Shown piece by piece: positions 27,016 to 37,414 of a stretch of 64,000 nucleotides of DNA (its first letter is position 1; the number at the start of each line of letters is the position of its first letter). Origin of the DNA: an uncultured Chthonomonadaceae bacterium (GTDB lineage: Bacteria; Armatimonadota; Chthonomonadetes; Chthonomonadales; Chthonomonadaceae); assembly GCA_963817895.1 (NCBI GenBank), contig CAWFQB010000001.1:1088001-1152000 (forward strand), in the 5' to 3' direction. A program made the translations under genes and the position numbers. A model generated the notes under the pieces. That model saw only the letters and a list, made by a program, of their open reading frames with translations. It ran no database searches and was not told the DNA's origin.

Positions 27016-29772
27016 ATGAAGTTCGCCGCATGCCTGTGCTTGCTGTTCACCCTGGCCGCGCCCATTGTTGCCGCGCGGAACTCCGTTTCCGGGGAGGTTT
27101 CTCTGATGAAGTCGGCTTCCATAACATCGGCTACAGGGAAAGTGTCTGCCCTGAAACCTGTTTCTCTACGATGCGAATATGGAGAGGACGGTGTGGATAC
27201 GCCTGCCCCGCGCCTGAACTGGCTGCTTGCTGCCGACAAACGGGCGCAGAAACAAACCGCTTACCAGATTCTGGTGGCTTCCAGTGACACACCCCTGGCA
27301 CAGGGGCAGGGCGATTTGTGGGACACGGGCAAAATTGGATCAAGTTCGAGCGGGCATATTCTGTACGCGGGCAAACCGTTGCAATCCGGCCAGTATTGCG
27401 CGTGGCGGGTGCGGGTATGGGACCAGAATGATGCCATGTCGGAGTACAGCCCTGCCGCGCATTGGACAATGGGACTACTGCATCCCGGCGACTGGCGCGG
27501 CAAGTGGATCGGGCGTACAACGGATACCGCCTATCAGCCCGCGCCCTATCTGCGCCATGCGTTCGCGCTAAAAGGAAAGATTGCGCGGGCAACCGCTTAT
27601 GTGTGCGGTTTGGGATATTACGAACTGCATTTGAACGGGCAGAAAGTGGGCGACCACGTTCTTGATCCGGGCTATACGCGCTACGACCGCCGCGCTCTGT
27701 ACGTCACTTACGACGTTACGAAAGCATTGAAAGCCGGTCAGAACGCGGTTGGTATCGTATTAGGAACGGGTTGGGAGAACGTTCATACCCGCGCCGTGTG
27801 GTACTTCGACCGCGCCCCGTGGAGAGCCGCGCCCAAAGCCCTGCTGGAAATGCGCGTCGAGTACGCGGACGGCACAACGGAAAACATCGTCACGAACGAA
27901 AACTGGAAAACTTCAACCGGCCCGATTGTGTACGACAGCATTTATGGCGGGCAGACGTATGACGCGCGATTGGAACTGGCCGGATGGGATAAACCCGATT
28001 ACGACGACAGCCGTTGGCAAAACGCGCTTGCGGTGGCTCCTCCCGGCGGCAAATTGACATCACAATTTTGCCCGCCGATTCGCGTCAAGACGGTTATCAA
28101 GCCCGTCAGTGTGACCGAGCCGAAACCGGGCGTGTGGCTGTTCGACATGGGGCAGAACTTTGCCGGTTGGGCGGAACTGCGCGCGTCCGCGCCGAAGGGA
28201 ACCAAAATTACCCTGCGCTATGGCGAACGTCTGGGTTCGGATGGCACTCTGGATCAATCCCACCTTGCGCAGCATCTTGTGAAAACCGAACCGCCGCAGC
28301 GATTCCAGACGGACGAGTACATCTGCAAGGGCGGGGGAACGGAAACGTGGCATGCGCAGTTCTGCTATCACGGCTTTCAATATGTGGAATTGACCGGCTT
28401 TCCGGGCAGGCCCACTCTGAATACTCTGCGTGGCCTGTTTCTTCATTCGGATGTCGCGCCGACCGCCGAGTTCGCGTGTTCCAATCCCCTGCTCAACCGC
28501 ATCTGGCAGGCAACTCGCATGTCGTACCTGAGCAACCTGCAAAGCATCCCGACCGATTGCCCGCACCGCGAAAAGAACGGCTGGACGGGGGACGCGCACC
28601 TTGCCGCCGAGTTCGGCCTGCTGGCTTTCGACAGCGTAGGCGTGTACGCCAAATGGGTCAACGATCTGGACGACGAGCAAAAAACGACGGGAGAACTGCC
28701 CGGAATCGTGCCGAGCAGCGGGTGGGGTTACGAGTGGGGCAATGGGCCGGCATGGGACAGCGCGTTCGTGCTTATTCCGCGCTACTGCTACACATACTCG
28801 GGCGATGGGCGCATTTTGGAACAGCACTACGCGGGCATGAAGCGGTACGTGGATTACCTGACCACGCGCGCAAAGGAGGGCATTGTATCCATCGGGCTTG
28901 GCGATTGGGTTCCGTTTGAAACCGAAACCCCGGTCGAAGTCACGTCCACCGCGTACTATTACCGCGACGCGCTGCTCGTCGGACTGCTGGCCGCGCAGTT
29001 GGGAAACAGTGAGGACGCGCAAAAGTACAATGCTCTCGCCGCGCAAATCAAAACCGCGTTCAACCGGCGCTTTTATCACCCCGAAACGGCAACCTACGCC
29101 AACGGCAGCCAGACCGCGTTAAGCTGCGCTTTGTATCAGGGATTGGTGGAACCGGAGAACCAAGCCGCTGTAGTGAACTCGCTCGTGGCCGCAGTGGAAA
29201 AGCGCAACGGGCATATTGACACGGGCATTTTGGGCGCGAAGTACATTTTCCACGCCCTGACGGAGGGCGGGCGGGCGGATGTGGCGTACCGGATCGCGAA
29301 CCAGAAGGACAAGCCGGGTTGGGGCTGGTGGCTGGAACAGGGCGGCACAACGCTGTGGGAAAGCTGGGGCGGCACGGATTCGCGCAACCACATCATGTTC
29401 GGCGACATCAGCGCGTGGTTCGTGGAAACCCTCGTGGGCATCACGCCGGACGCGCCCGGTTTCACCGCTATTCGTATCCAGCCCCACATCGTCGGCGACC
29501 TGACCGGCGCAAGAGCGCAACTGCAAACCGCGTCCGGCCAGGTCACAAGCGACTGGCAACGGGAAAACGGCAGCCTGCGTCTGTCCGTGGAAATCCCCGC
29601 CAACACGACCGCGACCGTTTATGTACCCGCTTCCGACACTGCCCTATGTCAGGAGGGCGGCAAACCCGCAGCGCAATCCGAAGGCGTCCACTTCCTGCGC
29701 CGCGAACCCGGCTACATCGTCTACGCCGTCGCGGGCGGCAAATACGAGTTCACCAATCGTCTTGAACCATAA
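27016..29772 (+). CDS. Alpha-L-rhamnosidase (GH78), secreted
   Basis: Signal peptide; DMGQNFAG, PTDCPHREKNGWTGD, TTLWESW, SRNHIMFG. Confidence 0.92.
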   Translation: MKFAACLCLLFTLAAPIVAARNSVSGEVSLMKSASITSATGKVSALKPVSLRCEYGEDGVDTPAPRLNWLLAADKRAQKQTAYQILVASSDTPLAQGQGDLWDTGKIGSSSSGHILYAGKPLQSGQYCAWRVRVWDQNDAMSEYSPAAHWTMGLLHPGDWRGKWIGRTTDTAYQPAPYLRHAFALKGKIARATAYVCGLGYYELHLNGQKVGDHVLDPGYTRYDRRALYVTYDVTKALKAGQNAVGIVLGTGWENVHTRAVWYFDRAPWRAAPKALLEMRVEYADGTTENIVTNENWKTSTGPIVYDSIYGGQTYDARLELAGWDKPDYDDSRWQNALAVAPPGGKLTSQFCPPIRVKTVIKPVSVTEPKPGVWLFDMGQNFAGWAELRASAPKGTKITLRYGERLGSDGTLDQSHLAQHLVKTEPPQRFQTDEYICKGGGTETWHAQFCYHGFQYVELTGFPGRPTLNTLRGLFLHSDVAPTAEFACSNPLLNRIWQATRMSYLSNLQSIPTDCPHREKNGWTGDAHLAAEFGLLAFDSVGVYAKWVNDLDDEQKTTGELPGIVPSSGWGYEWGNGPAWDSAFVLIPRYCYTYSGDGRILEQHYAGMKRYVDYLTTRAKEGIVSIGLGDWVPFETETPVEVTSTAYYYRDALLVGLLAAQLGNSEDAQKYNALAAQIKTAFNRRFYHPETATYANGSQTALSCALYQGLVEPENQAAVVNSLVAAVEKRNGHIDTGILGAKYIFHALTEGGRADVAYRIANQKDKPGWGWWLEQGGTTLWESWGGTDSRNHIMFGDISAWFVETLVGITPDAPGFTAIRIQPHIVGDLTGARAQLQTASGQVTSDWQRENGSLRLSVEIPANTTATVYVPASDTALCQEGGKPAAQSEGVHFLRREPGYIVYAVAGGKYEFTNRLEP

Positions 29773-29856
29773 TTTTTCATGGTTAGAATGATTACCATGA
29801 TGAAGACCAGCCCACTCATGGTAATCCTCAAAATCACATAAATCGTGGTTCAAGAC
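29759..29856. repeat. ~100-bp palindromic repeat, copy 2; supplies the rhamnosidase stop codon
   Basis: GTCTTGAACCA...TGGTTCAAGAC; similar to 12543-12644. Confidence 0.7.
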
Positions 29857-29956
29857 AGTGGAAGCAAGGTTGCTGTTGACAATTGGTAGTCCGTTTATTA
29901 TAATGTGCGCAGGACGAAAAGAGTATTTCTCTTAATGGAGGTTTGCAGGACACTAT

Positions 29957-30415
29957 ATGCCTAAAAACGAACGTCTTACTACTGTTCTATCTGGCGTGTC
30001 TGGCGAATACTTTGTTGCTGCCGAACTCTCTCGCCGGGGCTACATTGCCTCTCTGACGCTGAAAAATACGCGTGGCATTGATATTCTGGTCGCCAACAGC
30101 GATGCTACCAAGTCCGTTGGTATTCAGGTCAAGACAAGCCAAGATCGAGGCAAGCAGTGGATACTCAACAAAAAAGTAGAGAAGGGCATGGCGAGCAACC
30201 TTTTCTTCGTTTTTGTCAGCCTTAACAACGGCACTACACCCCCTGCTTATCATATCGTTTCCGGTCAGGTTGTTGCCGACTACGCCAGAACATATCATGC
30301 TGACTGGTTATCAGGAACGAAGCAGAATGGAGGAGCGCGCAAGGATACGTCTATGAGGTCGTTTCGTGATGCTGAAGACGAATACCTAGATCGTTGGGAC
30401 TTGCTGGGGTTGTAA
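29957..30415 (+). CDS. Small PD-(D/E)XK nuclease-like protein
   Basis: GEYFVAAELSRRG...IDILV...IQVKT. Confidence 0.7.
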   Translation: MPKNERLTTVLSGVSGEYFVAAELSRRGYIASLTLKNTRGIDILVANSDATKSVGIQVKTSQDRGKQWILNKKVEKGMASNLFFVFVSLNNGTTPPAYHIVSGQVVADYARTYHADWLSGTKQNGGARKDTSMRSFRDAEDEYLDRWDLLGL

Positions 30416-30628
30416 GCTGATCAGAGAATCTTGCATACGGATGTGTACAACTAACCAGTTCAACGAATAAGAGGTTTGCTATGCTCTGTGTTCAGGCAGG
30501 TAAATTGGACGCCTTGCGGAAGAAGCCTTAGCGGAGTATCACATGGGCAAGGCGATAGAGATTTAAAACAGTTTTCCTCAATTCGCTTCTTGCAACGCAT
30601 ATAGTAAGTGCTAAAATAGGAGGCTTCT

Positions 30629-30835
30629 ATGCCCCTGCGTGTTTCTGAAGGCAGACCGATTCACCCTGTGGGATTGCGCCCCGGCGCAGTTCCAATCGCA
30701 AATTCCCTGCCCGTTCCCCGATTTGCGCAGGAACAAACGCTCTGGTGTTGGGCGGCCTGTTGCGCTATGGTTTTCGCCTTTCGTAATACGCCTCAATCAC
30801 AATGCGCCATTATACGTTTATGCTGGACTCGATAG
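30629..30835 (+). pseudogene. Truncated papain-like (C39-type) cysteine peptidase N-terminus
   Basis: QEQTLWCWAAC catalytic-Cys motif but only 68 aa; RBS AGGAGG. Confidence 0.5.
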
Positions 30836-31443
30836 CGCAGCAAGTCGGTGAATTGCTTGGCGATGTTGCCGAACCCGCGTTGCTGAACGCGCAGCCGATT
30901 GAGCTACGCGAAACGCTGGAAGTGGGGGCGCTTGGACTGGACGCGCTGGCGCATGGCAACGCGTCCGGCAAAAGCCTGTCGCAGCTTGCCTGCCCCACCG
31001 GACGCTGCCATCATCAGATTACGTTTGACGGCAATCCGGCGGCGTTTGCCCGCTCGTCTGTGTCCGAAGAGGACTGTAATCCTGTTGTGGAGGAACTGTT
31101 TATGTCGCTCCTTGCGGCGAAACTGGATGCGGCAATGGAGTGGATTGACCAAAACGTTTCCGGCGAACCGTTGGCGCGTTTGCTGGTTGTTCCCGCGCGC
31201 TACCTTCACGCGCTCTGGCTGACAGACAGCGCGAACCAGACGGGGCAGGTTCTGATTGTCGAGATTGCCGGGATGCCGGAAACGAAAGCAGGCGACGTCG
31301 TGAACGCGCTTCAAAACCCGCAAGCGTATCAACTACTGGAAGAACATGTGTTCTTGAAAACGTTGGCAAATATTCCCGCGCCGATGGGCGTTCTGTTGAG
31401 AGGCAACGGCAAAAACGCGCCTACGTTGGCAGCCGTTCCCTGA
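30802..31443 (+). CDS. Hypothetical protein (possibly 5'-truncated)
   Basis: 213-aa ORF; its 3' end is duplicated at 32543-32689. Confidence 0.55.
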   Translation: MRHYTFMLDSIAQQVGELLGDVAEPALLNAQPIELRETLEVGALGLDALAHGNASGKSLSQLACPTGRCHHQITFDGNPAAFARSSVSEEDCNPVVEELFMSLLAAKLDAAMEWIDQNVSGEPLARLLVVPARYLHALWLTDSANQTGQVLIVEIAGMPETKAGDVVNALQNPQAYQLLEEHVFLKTLANIPAPMGVLLRGNGKNAPTLAAVP

Positions 31444-31554
31444 TTCGTAATGTCAGTTAAGCGGCAACTAACCGGACGAGAACAACCCCGCTAAATAGTT
31501 GACGGGGTTGTTCTTGTTGAACGGCATATTGTGGTTTTGCCGGCTTCGCGGTTG

Positions 31555-31998
31555 TCACTCTTCCGCAGCGCGTTCCGCAATCATCCAATCTTCACAGGGC
31601 GCAATGGCTATTTTCTCGAAATCCCGCGTATTCCGCGTGACAACCGTGTACCCTCGCGTTGCCGCAATCGCCGCCACGCGGCAGTCGCGCCGATGCGCCT
31701 GCCGGATTTTGTCAGGGATTTGCAGGAAACGCGCATAAGCCGCTTCATCGAAGGGTAGGACATTGAAGCGGCTTATATCTTGCAGAAATGAATCCAAAAT
31801 GCTATACGCCTGAACAACCTTGTTTGAAGTGTGATGCCTGTTGATAGCAGGCAGTATCTTGCTCAGGTGTTCTTCAACAAGGATCACGCTGATATAGAGG
31901 TTTTCGGCGGCTTCACGCGCAATGCGGCTATCCAACACAGGCGTATTGCGTTGTTTGCTAATCAGGTTGCTGAATATGTCCGTATCGAGTAAATACAC
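31555..31998 (-). CDS. vapC: PIN-domain (VapC-like) toxin
   Basis: YLLDTD, EE, DCRVAAIA, VVTRNTRDF. Confidence 0.85.
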   Translation of the reverse strand: MYLLDTDIFSNLISKQRNTPVLDSRIAREAAENLYISVILVEEHLSKILPAINRHHTSNKVVQAYSILDSFLQDISRFNVLPFDEAAYARFLQIPDKIRQAHRRDCRVAAIAATRGYTVVTRNTRDFEKIAIAPCEDWMIAERAAEE

Positions 31999-32013
31999 GT
32001 TCCGCCCTGCTGA

Positions 32014-32319
32014 TTATTCCTGCGAAGCCGCAGTATTTTCCTCTGGCGCATTCTGTCCATTCTGCCTGTCGAGCCTGTCTTGTTCCAGTTCGGCAAAAAT
32101 CTCCTCCCAAACTTCCCCGCTATATTTTCCGAACAGGTCTGCAAGTGGGTGTTGCGCAATGGCAGCCAGTGTCTCATCAGAAACAGCAGGCTCCGTCTTA
32201 GCAGGAGCAGCAACGTCCTGAGTTGAAAAACAGGCTTTATTCTGTTCCTTGTTGTCTGAGGCAGGAACAGGGGAATTTGTTATGTTAAGCGCTTTTGGGT
32301 TTAGGTTCGAGACAGTCAT
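32014..32319 (-). CDS. Putative antitoxin (acidic small protein upstream of PIN)
   Basis: Position, size and acidic C-terminus; RBS AGGAG. Confidence 0.6.
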   Translation of the reverse strand: MTVSNLNPKALNITNSPVPASDNKEQNKACFSTQDVAAPAKTEPAVSDETLAAIAQHPLADLFGKYSGEVWEEIFAELEQDRLDRQNGQNAPEENTAASQE

Positions 32320-32900
32320 GGCTTCATTCTCCTGCGCGTATCAACGGGCTGGCGACACTATATTATAGCGTAAGGTGGCAGTATGTCAAGGAAAATCCTG
32401 AGATATAACTGTTTTAGGTGTGTCTACCGCCGACATTGCAGCAAATTTGAAACCGGTAGGACGGACAAAAGATGTCTAATCTCTGCATTGCGAAGCGGCT
32501 GCATACTCTACGCCGTCAGCAAAGACAATTATAAATTTACTACCGTGAACGCGCTTCAAAAGCCACAAGCGTATCAACTGCTGGAAGAACATATGTTTCT
32601 GAAATATCTGGTAAATGTTCCCGCGCCGATGGGCGTTCTGTTGGGAGGCAACGGCAAAAACGCGCCCACGCCGACAGCCGTTCCCTGATGCGCAAGTAAT
32701 CCGCAAGTTCGTATCAATGAGAGATGACCTGAGAGGAAGCAGTGCGCGCCGCTCTACGTTTGGCAGTAATTTTCCGCGTGTTCACTACGGACACATTTTT
32801 CCGGGCAACGAAAATTACCCGTCGGAATGGCGTTCTGTGTTGAAGGACACAACAAGTTATGTCCTTCAACAGACGCAAATTCATCAACTACAAAGATTCG

Positions 32901-32957
32901 CGTCCGTAGGACGACTGGCCGCAGGCCATGTAGACAGGGGTTTTCAATCCCCAGCCT
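32901..32957 (+). repeat. GNA-hairpin family copy B (core only)
   Basis: CGTCC-GTA-GGACG, GGCC-GCA-GGCC, then a third stem. Confidence 0.65.
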
Positions 32958-32970
32958 ATAGGAGTACGCC

Positions 32971-33876
32971 ATGAAGACCAAACATTTCCTTTCAGGGATC
33001 GGGTGTAGCCTGATGCTGTTCGCGCAGGCAGGCAGGGCGCAGGATGCCAGACAAACGCTGCCCCCGCCGAGTACAACATTCGCGTATCGGACGCCGCCAA
33101 CGGGCAAAATGCCCGACAACATTCCGCCTGCTGTAGCGCGTTTTCTCAAACAGCGCGACGCGGCCAAAACCCTGTCGTTTCAAGCGCAAATCTGGTATCA
33201 CAAGCCGGACGATCTGGACAAAATTCATGCCGGACAACTGCTGGACGTTCAAATCCACAGGCCGAACCTGTTCGCTGTGCATGTGTCGCCTGGTGAAAAA
33301 TACGAAGCCCAAACGCCCACCGGCATGACGATTACCTTTCTGAACCTGCTGGAATCCGCCAGTATCTCAGACGGCAAATCGCTGCTGACGCTGCTCTCTC
33401 CCCGCGTCGGCCAGGTATTTTACAGCACTGATCCCTCCTCTACAACCTACAGCGAGTCAAAATCCGAAGCGTTGCAGCGCATCATTCCCGATGCCGCGCT
33501 GGCGTCGAACGCGCTGGCGGATTATGCGCCCGCGCCGGATGCGCAGCTTGGACTGACGCCCGTTGCCATATACGCATATATCCGCGACGTCACCCCTGCC
33601 GGTCGGCCTAAAGCGCACGAGGAAGACTTTGTGTTGTACTTTTCCAAAGACACGGGCGAATTGATGCGCTGGTCCTACTTCGATTTAGGGCCGGACGACA
33701 AGCGCAGGGAATTTGAGCGCGTGGAGTATGGGGACTGGAAGTTCAACCCGCGCCTGTCCGCTTCCACGTTCAGCGTGAAACCGCCAACCGGGGCCATTCC
33801 CGCGTCTTCCATTCCCATCCCCGGAAGAAAGGCCACTCCTACAACGGCAATCACCGCAACAAAATCTAAAATGTGA
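32971..33876 (+). CDS. Secreted LolA-like/DUF2092-type protein
   Basis: Signal peptide; RPNLF, SDGK, YGDWKFNP..F...PP pattern. Confidence 0.6.
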   Translation: MKTKHFLSGIGCSLMLFAQAGRAQDARQTLPPPSTTFAYRTPPTGKMPDNIPPAVARFLKQRDAAKTLSFQAQIWYHKPDDLDKIHAGQLLDVQIHRPNLFAVHVSPGEKYEAQTPTGMTITFLNLLESASISDGKSLLTLLSPRVGQVFYSTDPSSTTYSESKSEALQRIIPDAALASNALADYAPAPDAQLGLTPVAIYAYIRDVTPAGRPKAHEEDFVLYFSKDTGELMRWSYFDLGPDDKRREFERVEYGDWKFNPRLSASTFSVKPPTGAIPASSIPIPGRKATPTTAITATKSKM

Positions 33877-33989
33877 ACGTCTTATTATCACATTGATAAC
33901 ACGAAGAATCGGAAACCTGTCTTAATCTATTTTCTGTCATTACGTTTCCCGTCGAATTCCTCATTATCAGTGTAGATAAGGGAAACACA

Positions 33990-34814
33990 ATGGCGATTCG
34001 CGTGGTTGTTGCGGGCGCGACGGGCTGGACGGGGAGCGCGGTCACGCGCCACATCCTCCTTTCCCCGGAGTTTGAATTGACCGGGGCGATTACCCGCCAG
34101 CCGTACCATCGCGATGTTGGCGAAGCGTTGGGCTTGCCGCCGGTCGGTTTTCCCCTCGTTGCCACGCTTGCCGAAGCGCTGCAAACCCCGACGGATGTGC
34201 TGATTGATTACACTACGCCGGATACCGTGAAGGCGCGGGTGCTGGAAGCGTTGGGGCAGGGTGTGCGGGTCGTGGTCGGCACGTCCGGGCTGACAGCCGG
34301 GGATTACGCGGAAATTGAAGCGGTGGCAATCGCGCGTAATCTGGGCGTGATTGCGGCGGGCAATTTCTCCCTTACCGCCGCGCTTGCCAAGCATTGCGCC
34401 CTGCTTGCCGCCCAACATCTGTCTTCCCATGCGGCGTTATGGGAAGTCATTGATTATGCATATGCCGGCAAGCCCGACGCGCCGAGTGGCACGGCGCGGG
34501 AACTGGCCGAAGCGCTGCAAGCAATCGCCCCAAACACCCCCGAACATTCGGTAGCCCAAACGCATGGCAATCCCGAAGCGCGGGGCGCGGACATCGGCGG
34601 AACGCAGGTACACTCCGTGCGCCTGCCGAGTTACACCCTCGCGTTTGAAACCATTTTCGGCCTGCCCGACGAGCGCCTGACCATTCGCCACGACGCGGGC
34701 GCGGGCGCGGAACCCTACGTCGGCGGAACCCTGCTTGCCGCCCGCGAAGTAATGCAGATCACCGGCCTGATACGCGGACTGGACACCCTGCTATTCAGGA
34801 AGGATGAAGGTTGA
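33990..34814 (+). CDS. dapB: 4-hydroxy-tetrahydrodipicolinate reductase
   Basis: GATGWTG, DVLIDYT, VVGTSG, GNFSL, KPDAPSGTA, HSVRLP. Confidence 0.9.
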   Translation: MAIRVVVAGATGWTGSAVTRHILLSPEFELTGAITRQPYHRDVGEALGLPPVGFPLVATLAEALQTPTDVLIDYTTPDTVKARVLEALGQGVRVVVGTSGLTAGDYAEIEAVAIARNLGVIAAGNFSLTAALAKHCALLAAQHLSSHAALWEVIDYAYAGKPDAPSGTARELAEALQAIAPNTPEHSVAQTHGNPEARGADIGGTQVHSVRLPSYTLAFETIFGLPDERLTIRHDAGAGAEPYVGGTLLAAREVMQITGLIRGLDTLLFRKDEG

Positions 34815-34902
34815 TAGAAGAAAAGGAGAAAAGGAGAAGAGGAGAATTAATCCACAATCGAAAATCGGCAATCGGCAATTGAGACTCCTTCATCCTTCAT
34901 CC

Positions 34903-36516
34903 TTATCTTTCGTGTCCTCCCGCCTGCCGCAAAAGCGCGGCCACATCCGCGTGTTTGTGGCGAAGCGCGTAGGCAAGGGGCGTTTGCCGCATTTTGCCTG
35001 TTTCATTCACCTTCGCGCCGTGTGCCAGCAGCAGGCGCGTCACTTCCACGTTGCCCGATTGCGCGGCGAGAATCAGGGGCGTCAGTCCCTGCGCATTCGC
35101 GCGGTTCGGGTCGGCCCCGTTTTGCAGCAGCAAAGCAACCATATCCGTTTGCGACAGCGCTTCTATGAGGGGGGTAGTGTATAGCACATTAGGGCTGCCT
35201 GGCGCGGAAAATGACCCGTATATCGTATCGGACTGGATGTTGGCTCCCGCGCGCAGCAGGGGCGCGATCAGGTTTTTGCGGCCATAACGCGCGGCCTGCC
35301 CGATCAACTGCGGACTCGCGCTTCCAGTTTCGCGTGCATCGGCTCCCTGCGCCAGAAACAGGGGAACCAGATCAGGCTGATACTGAATGGCATCGTACAA
35401 TACGCTGTGTCCCAATTTGCCCCGAACATCGGCTCCATGCTTCAACAGCAGCGTGACCAGATCAGGACGCCCGCTTCGCATTGCCGCGCTGATAGCGTTG
35501 CCGCCCACTGCTTTCACGTTTGCCCCCCGCTCCAGCAGTTCCGGCACAAACTGCGGCAACTCGCGGCAGGCCAAGACGAGCGGGGTGGCATTAACCCGTT
35601 TCGGGTCGTTCGCGTTCCAATTTATGTCGGCTCCATGCTGAAGCAGCAAGCGAGCGACTTCAAGATGCTGTCCGCTGATGGCGCCGGTAAGAGGAGAATA
35701 CCAATCGCCATTTACAATGTTGGTCTTTGCGCTCCGTTCGAGCAGCAGGCGCGCGGCCTCAAGACTGCCTTTTTCTGCCGCCGCCATCAGCGCGGTTTGG
35801 CCCTGGACAACCGGCTCTATCGCGTTAATATTTGTTCCCGCATCTAGCAGGCCGCGCAGGGCGTCCACGTCGTTCATTCGCGCCGCCTGCCACAGCGTCA
35901 AATGCGCGCCGTGTTCCCGCAGCAGCCGTACCATTTCCCGGCTGACGGCGAGATGCCGCTTCTGGTCAGCCTCCACTCGCAAGCGCTCCGGTTCGCTCCA
36001 TCTTCCGGGGGGCATTTGCGGCCTGACAATGCCCTGACTTGCATACTCGATTGCAACGTCAAATGGAGCGCTGTCTCTCAAACGGATGCCTGGCGTGTTG
36101 GCATCATTGACGGTCGCGCCGTGTTCCAGCAGGCAGCGGATAAGTGTCAGGTTGCCGCTTCGGCAGGCCTCGAACAGATAACTGCCGGTTTTAGCCGGGT
36201 CAGTCTTTGTCAACGCGCCATGCTCGATCAGCAGGCAGGCGATTTCGGATTGCGCGTCGGATTGCGCGGGCGTGACGACATCGGAATAGAGCGCCAGCGT
36301 TAGCGCGGATATGGGGGCTGCGCCCTCTTCCGTTCGGCGCGTGGCGGCGTCGGCTCCCCGCGCGAGCAGGCCGCGAACAGCAGCCACATTCTTCATTTCC
36401 ACAGCGGCGATCAGGCGGTTGTTTAAGGCGCGGCGATAAACGTTGCGCCCGATGACAAACAACAGAACAGCGACAAGAAGGGCGTAGACGAAACGCCCGA
36501 CGCGATTTTTGGGCAT
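34903..36516 (-). CDS. Ankyrin-repeat protein with N-terminal membrane anchor
   Basis: Multiple G.TPL..A/LL..GAD repeats; TM segment after the MPKNR start. Confidence 0.88.
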   Translation of the reverse strand: MPKNRVGRFVYALLVAVLLFVIGRNVYRRALNNRLIAAVEMKNVAAVRGLLARGADAATRRTEEGAAPISALTLALYSDVVTPAQSDAQSEIACLLIEHGALTKTDPAKTGSYLFEACRSGNLTLIRCLLEHGATVNDANTPGIRLRDSAPFDVAIEYASQGIVRPQMPPGRWSEPERLRVEADQKRHLAVSREMVRLLREHGAHLTLWQAARMNDVDALRGLLDAGTNINAIEPVVQGQTALMAAAEKGSLEAARLLLERSAKTNIVNGDWYSPLTGAISGQHLEVARLLLQHGADINWNANDPKRVNATPLVLACRELPQFVPELLERGANVKAVGGNAISAAMRSGRPDLVTLLLKHGADVRGKLGHSVLYDAIQYQPDLVPLFLAQGADARETGSASPQLIGQAARYGRKNLIAPLLRAGANIQSDTIYGSFSAPGSPNVLYTTPLIEALSQTDMVALLLQNGADPNRANAQGLTPLILAAQSGNVEVTRLLLAHGAKVNETGKMRQTPLAYALRHKHADVAALLRQAGGHER

Positions 36517-36773
36517 AGCGGTATCCTGACCCTGGGGGGAAGGAGATTGGGGGGTTGAATATCCGGCAGAACCACAGCGTTCGGCGCAAGTATAACACAG
36601 CCACAAAACATTGTCAATTAGTGAGGCGCATGCGTTTGTTTTTTCTATCGGCAGGCGCGATATAAAGAGTATCTTATAGACAAAGCGCGGGCGTTGCCAT
36701 GAGGCAGGCAACGCGGCATGGGTTTATGAGAACCACGCGCAGACTATTGCAGAAAAACAGATCAGGAGGGTTT

Positions 36774-37247
36774 ATGGAAGCGACAAGTTTGAAACTGTTT
36801 TATCATCCCAAAGACCGGTTGCGGCTGACGATTGGCGAGGACAAGTCTTATCCCACCGTGAAGCCCGCGTGGTCCGCGCCGCTGTCGCGTCCGAATCAAT
36901 ACCTGTGCCTGTTGGATGGCAAGGGCAACGAGATTGTGATGCTGCCCAATCCCACCGAATTGCCGCCCAATTCGTGGGAGGCCGTGCAGCAGGAGTTGCG
37001 CCGCCGGTATATGACGGGTACCGTGGCCGCTATTCACGAGGCCCGCGTGGAATACGGCGCGACATACTGGAGTGTGGAAACCAATCGCGGGCCGCGCGAG
37101 TTCGTCACGCAAAGCCTACAGGAAAACGCGCAATGGCTGTCGCCCACCCATTTATTGCTGATTGACGTGGACGGCAACCGCTTTGAAATACCCGACGTGA
37201 ACGCGCTGGACACGCGCAGTCGCAACTTCATCACCGCGATTCTGTAA
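36774..37247 (+). CDS. DUF1854-like protein
   Basis: PLSRP, WSVETNRG, LLIDVDGNRFEIPD; RBS AGGAGG. Confidence 0.75.
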   Translation: MEATSLKLFYHPKDRLRLTIGEDKSYPTVKPAWSAPLSRPNQYLCLLDGKGNEIVMLPNPTELPPNSWEAVQQELRRRYMTGTVAAIHEARVEYGATYWSVETNRGPREFVTQSLQENAQWLSPTHLLLIDVDGNRFEIPDVNALDTRSRNFITAIL

Positions 37248-37253
37248 TCAGTA

Positions 37254-37411
37254 CCCGTCAAGGTCAAATGGTAGAGGCGCTGCTTGCCGCGCCCACAATG
37301 GCTGCTTGCCGCGCCTTGCTCTGAGGAAGATTGAACCGATGCTGAGGAGGGTTCAGCAAACGTTTGAGGAGGGTTCAGCAAGCAGAACCCCTACCATTTG
37401 ACCTTGACGGG
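37254..37411. mobile_element. MITE-like element with perfect 21-bp TIRs
   Basis: CCCGTCAAGGTCAAATGGTAG at 37254-37274, reverse complement at 37391-37411; TA near both ends. Confidence 0.65.
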
Positions 37412-37414
37412 GTA

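Noticed and set aside
32383..32688. 101-aa ORF as a real gene
   Set aside because: Its C-terminal half is the duplicated 3' end of 30802-31443 and the N-terminal half looks non-coding.
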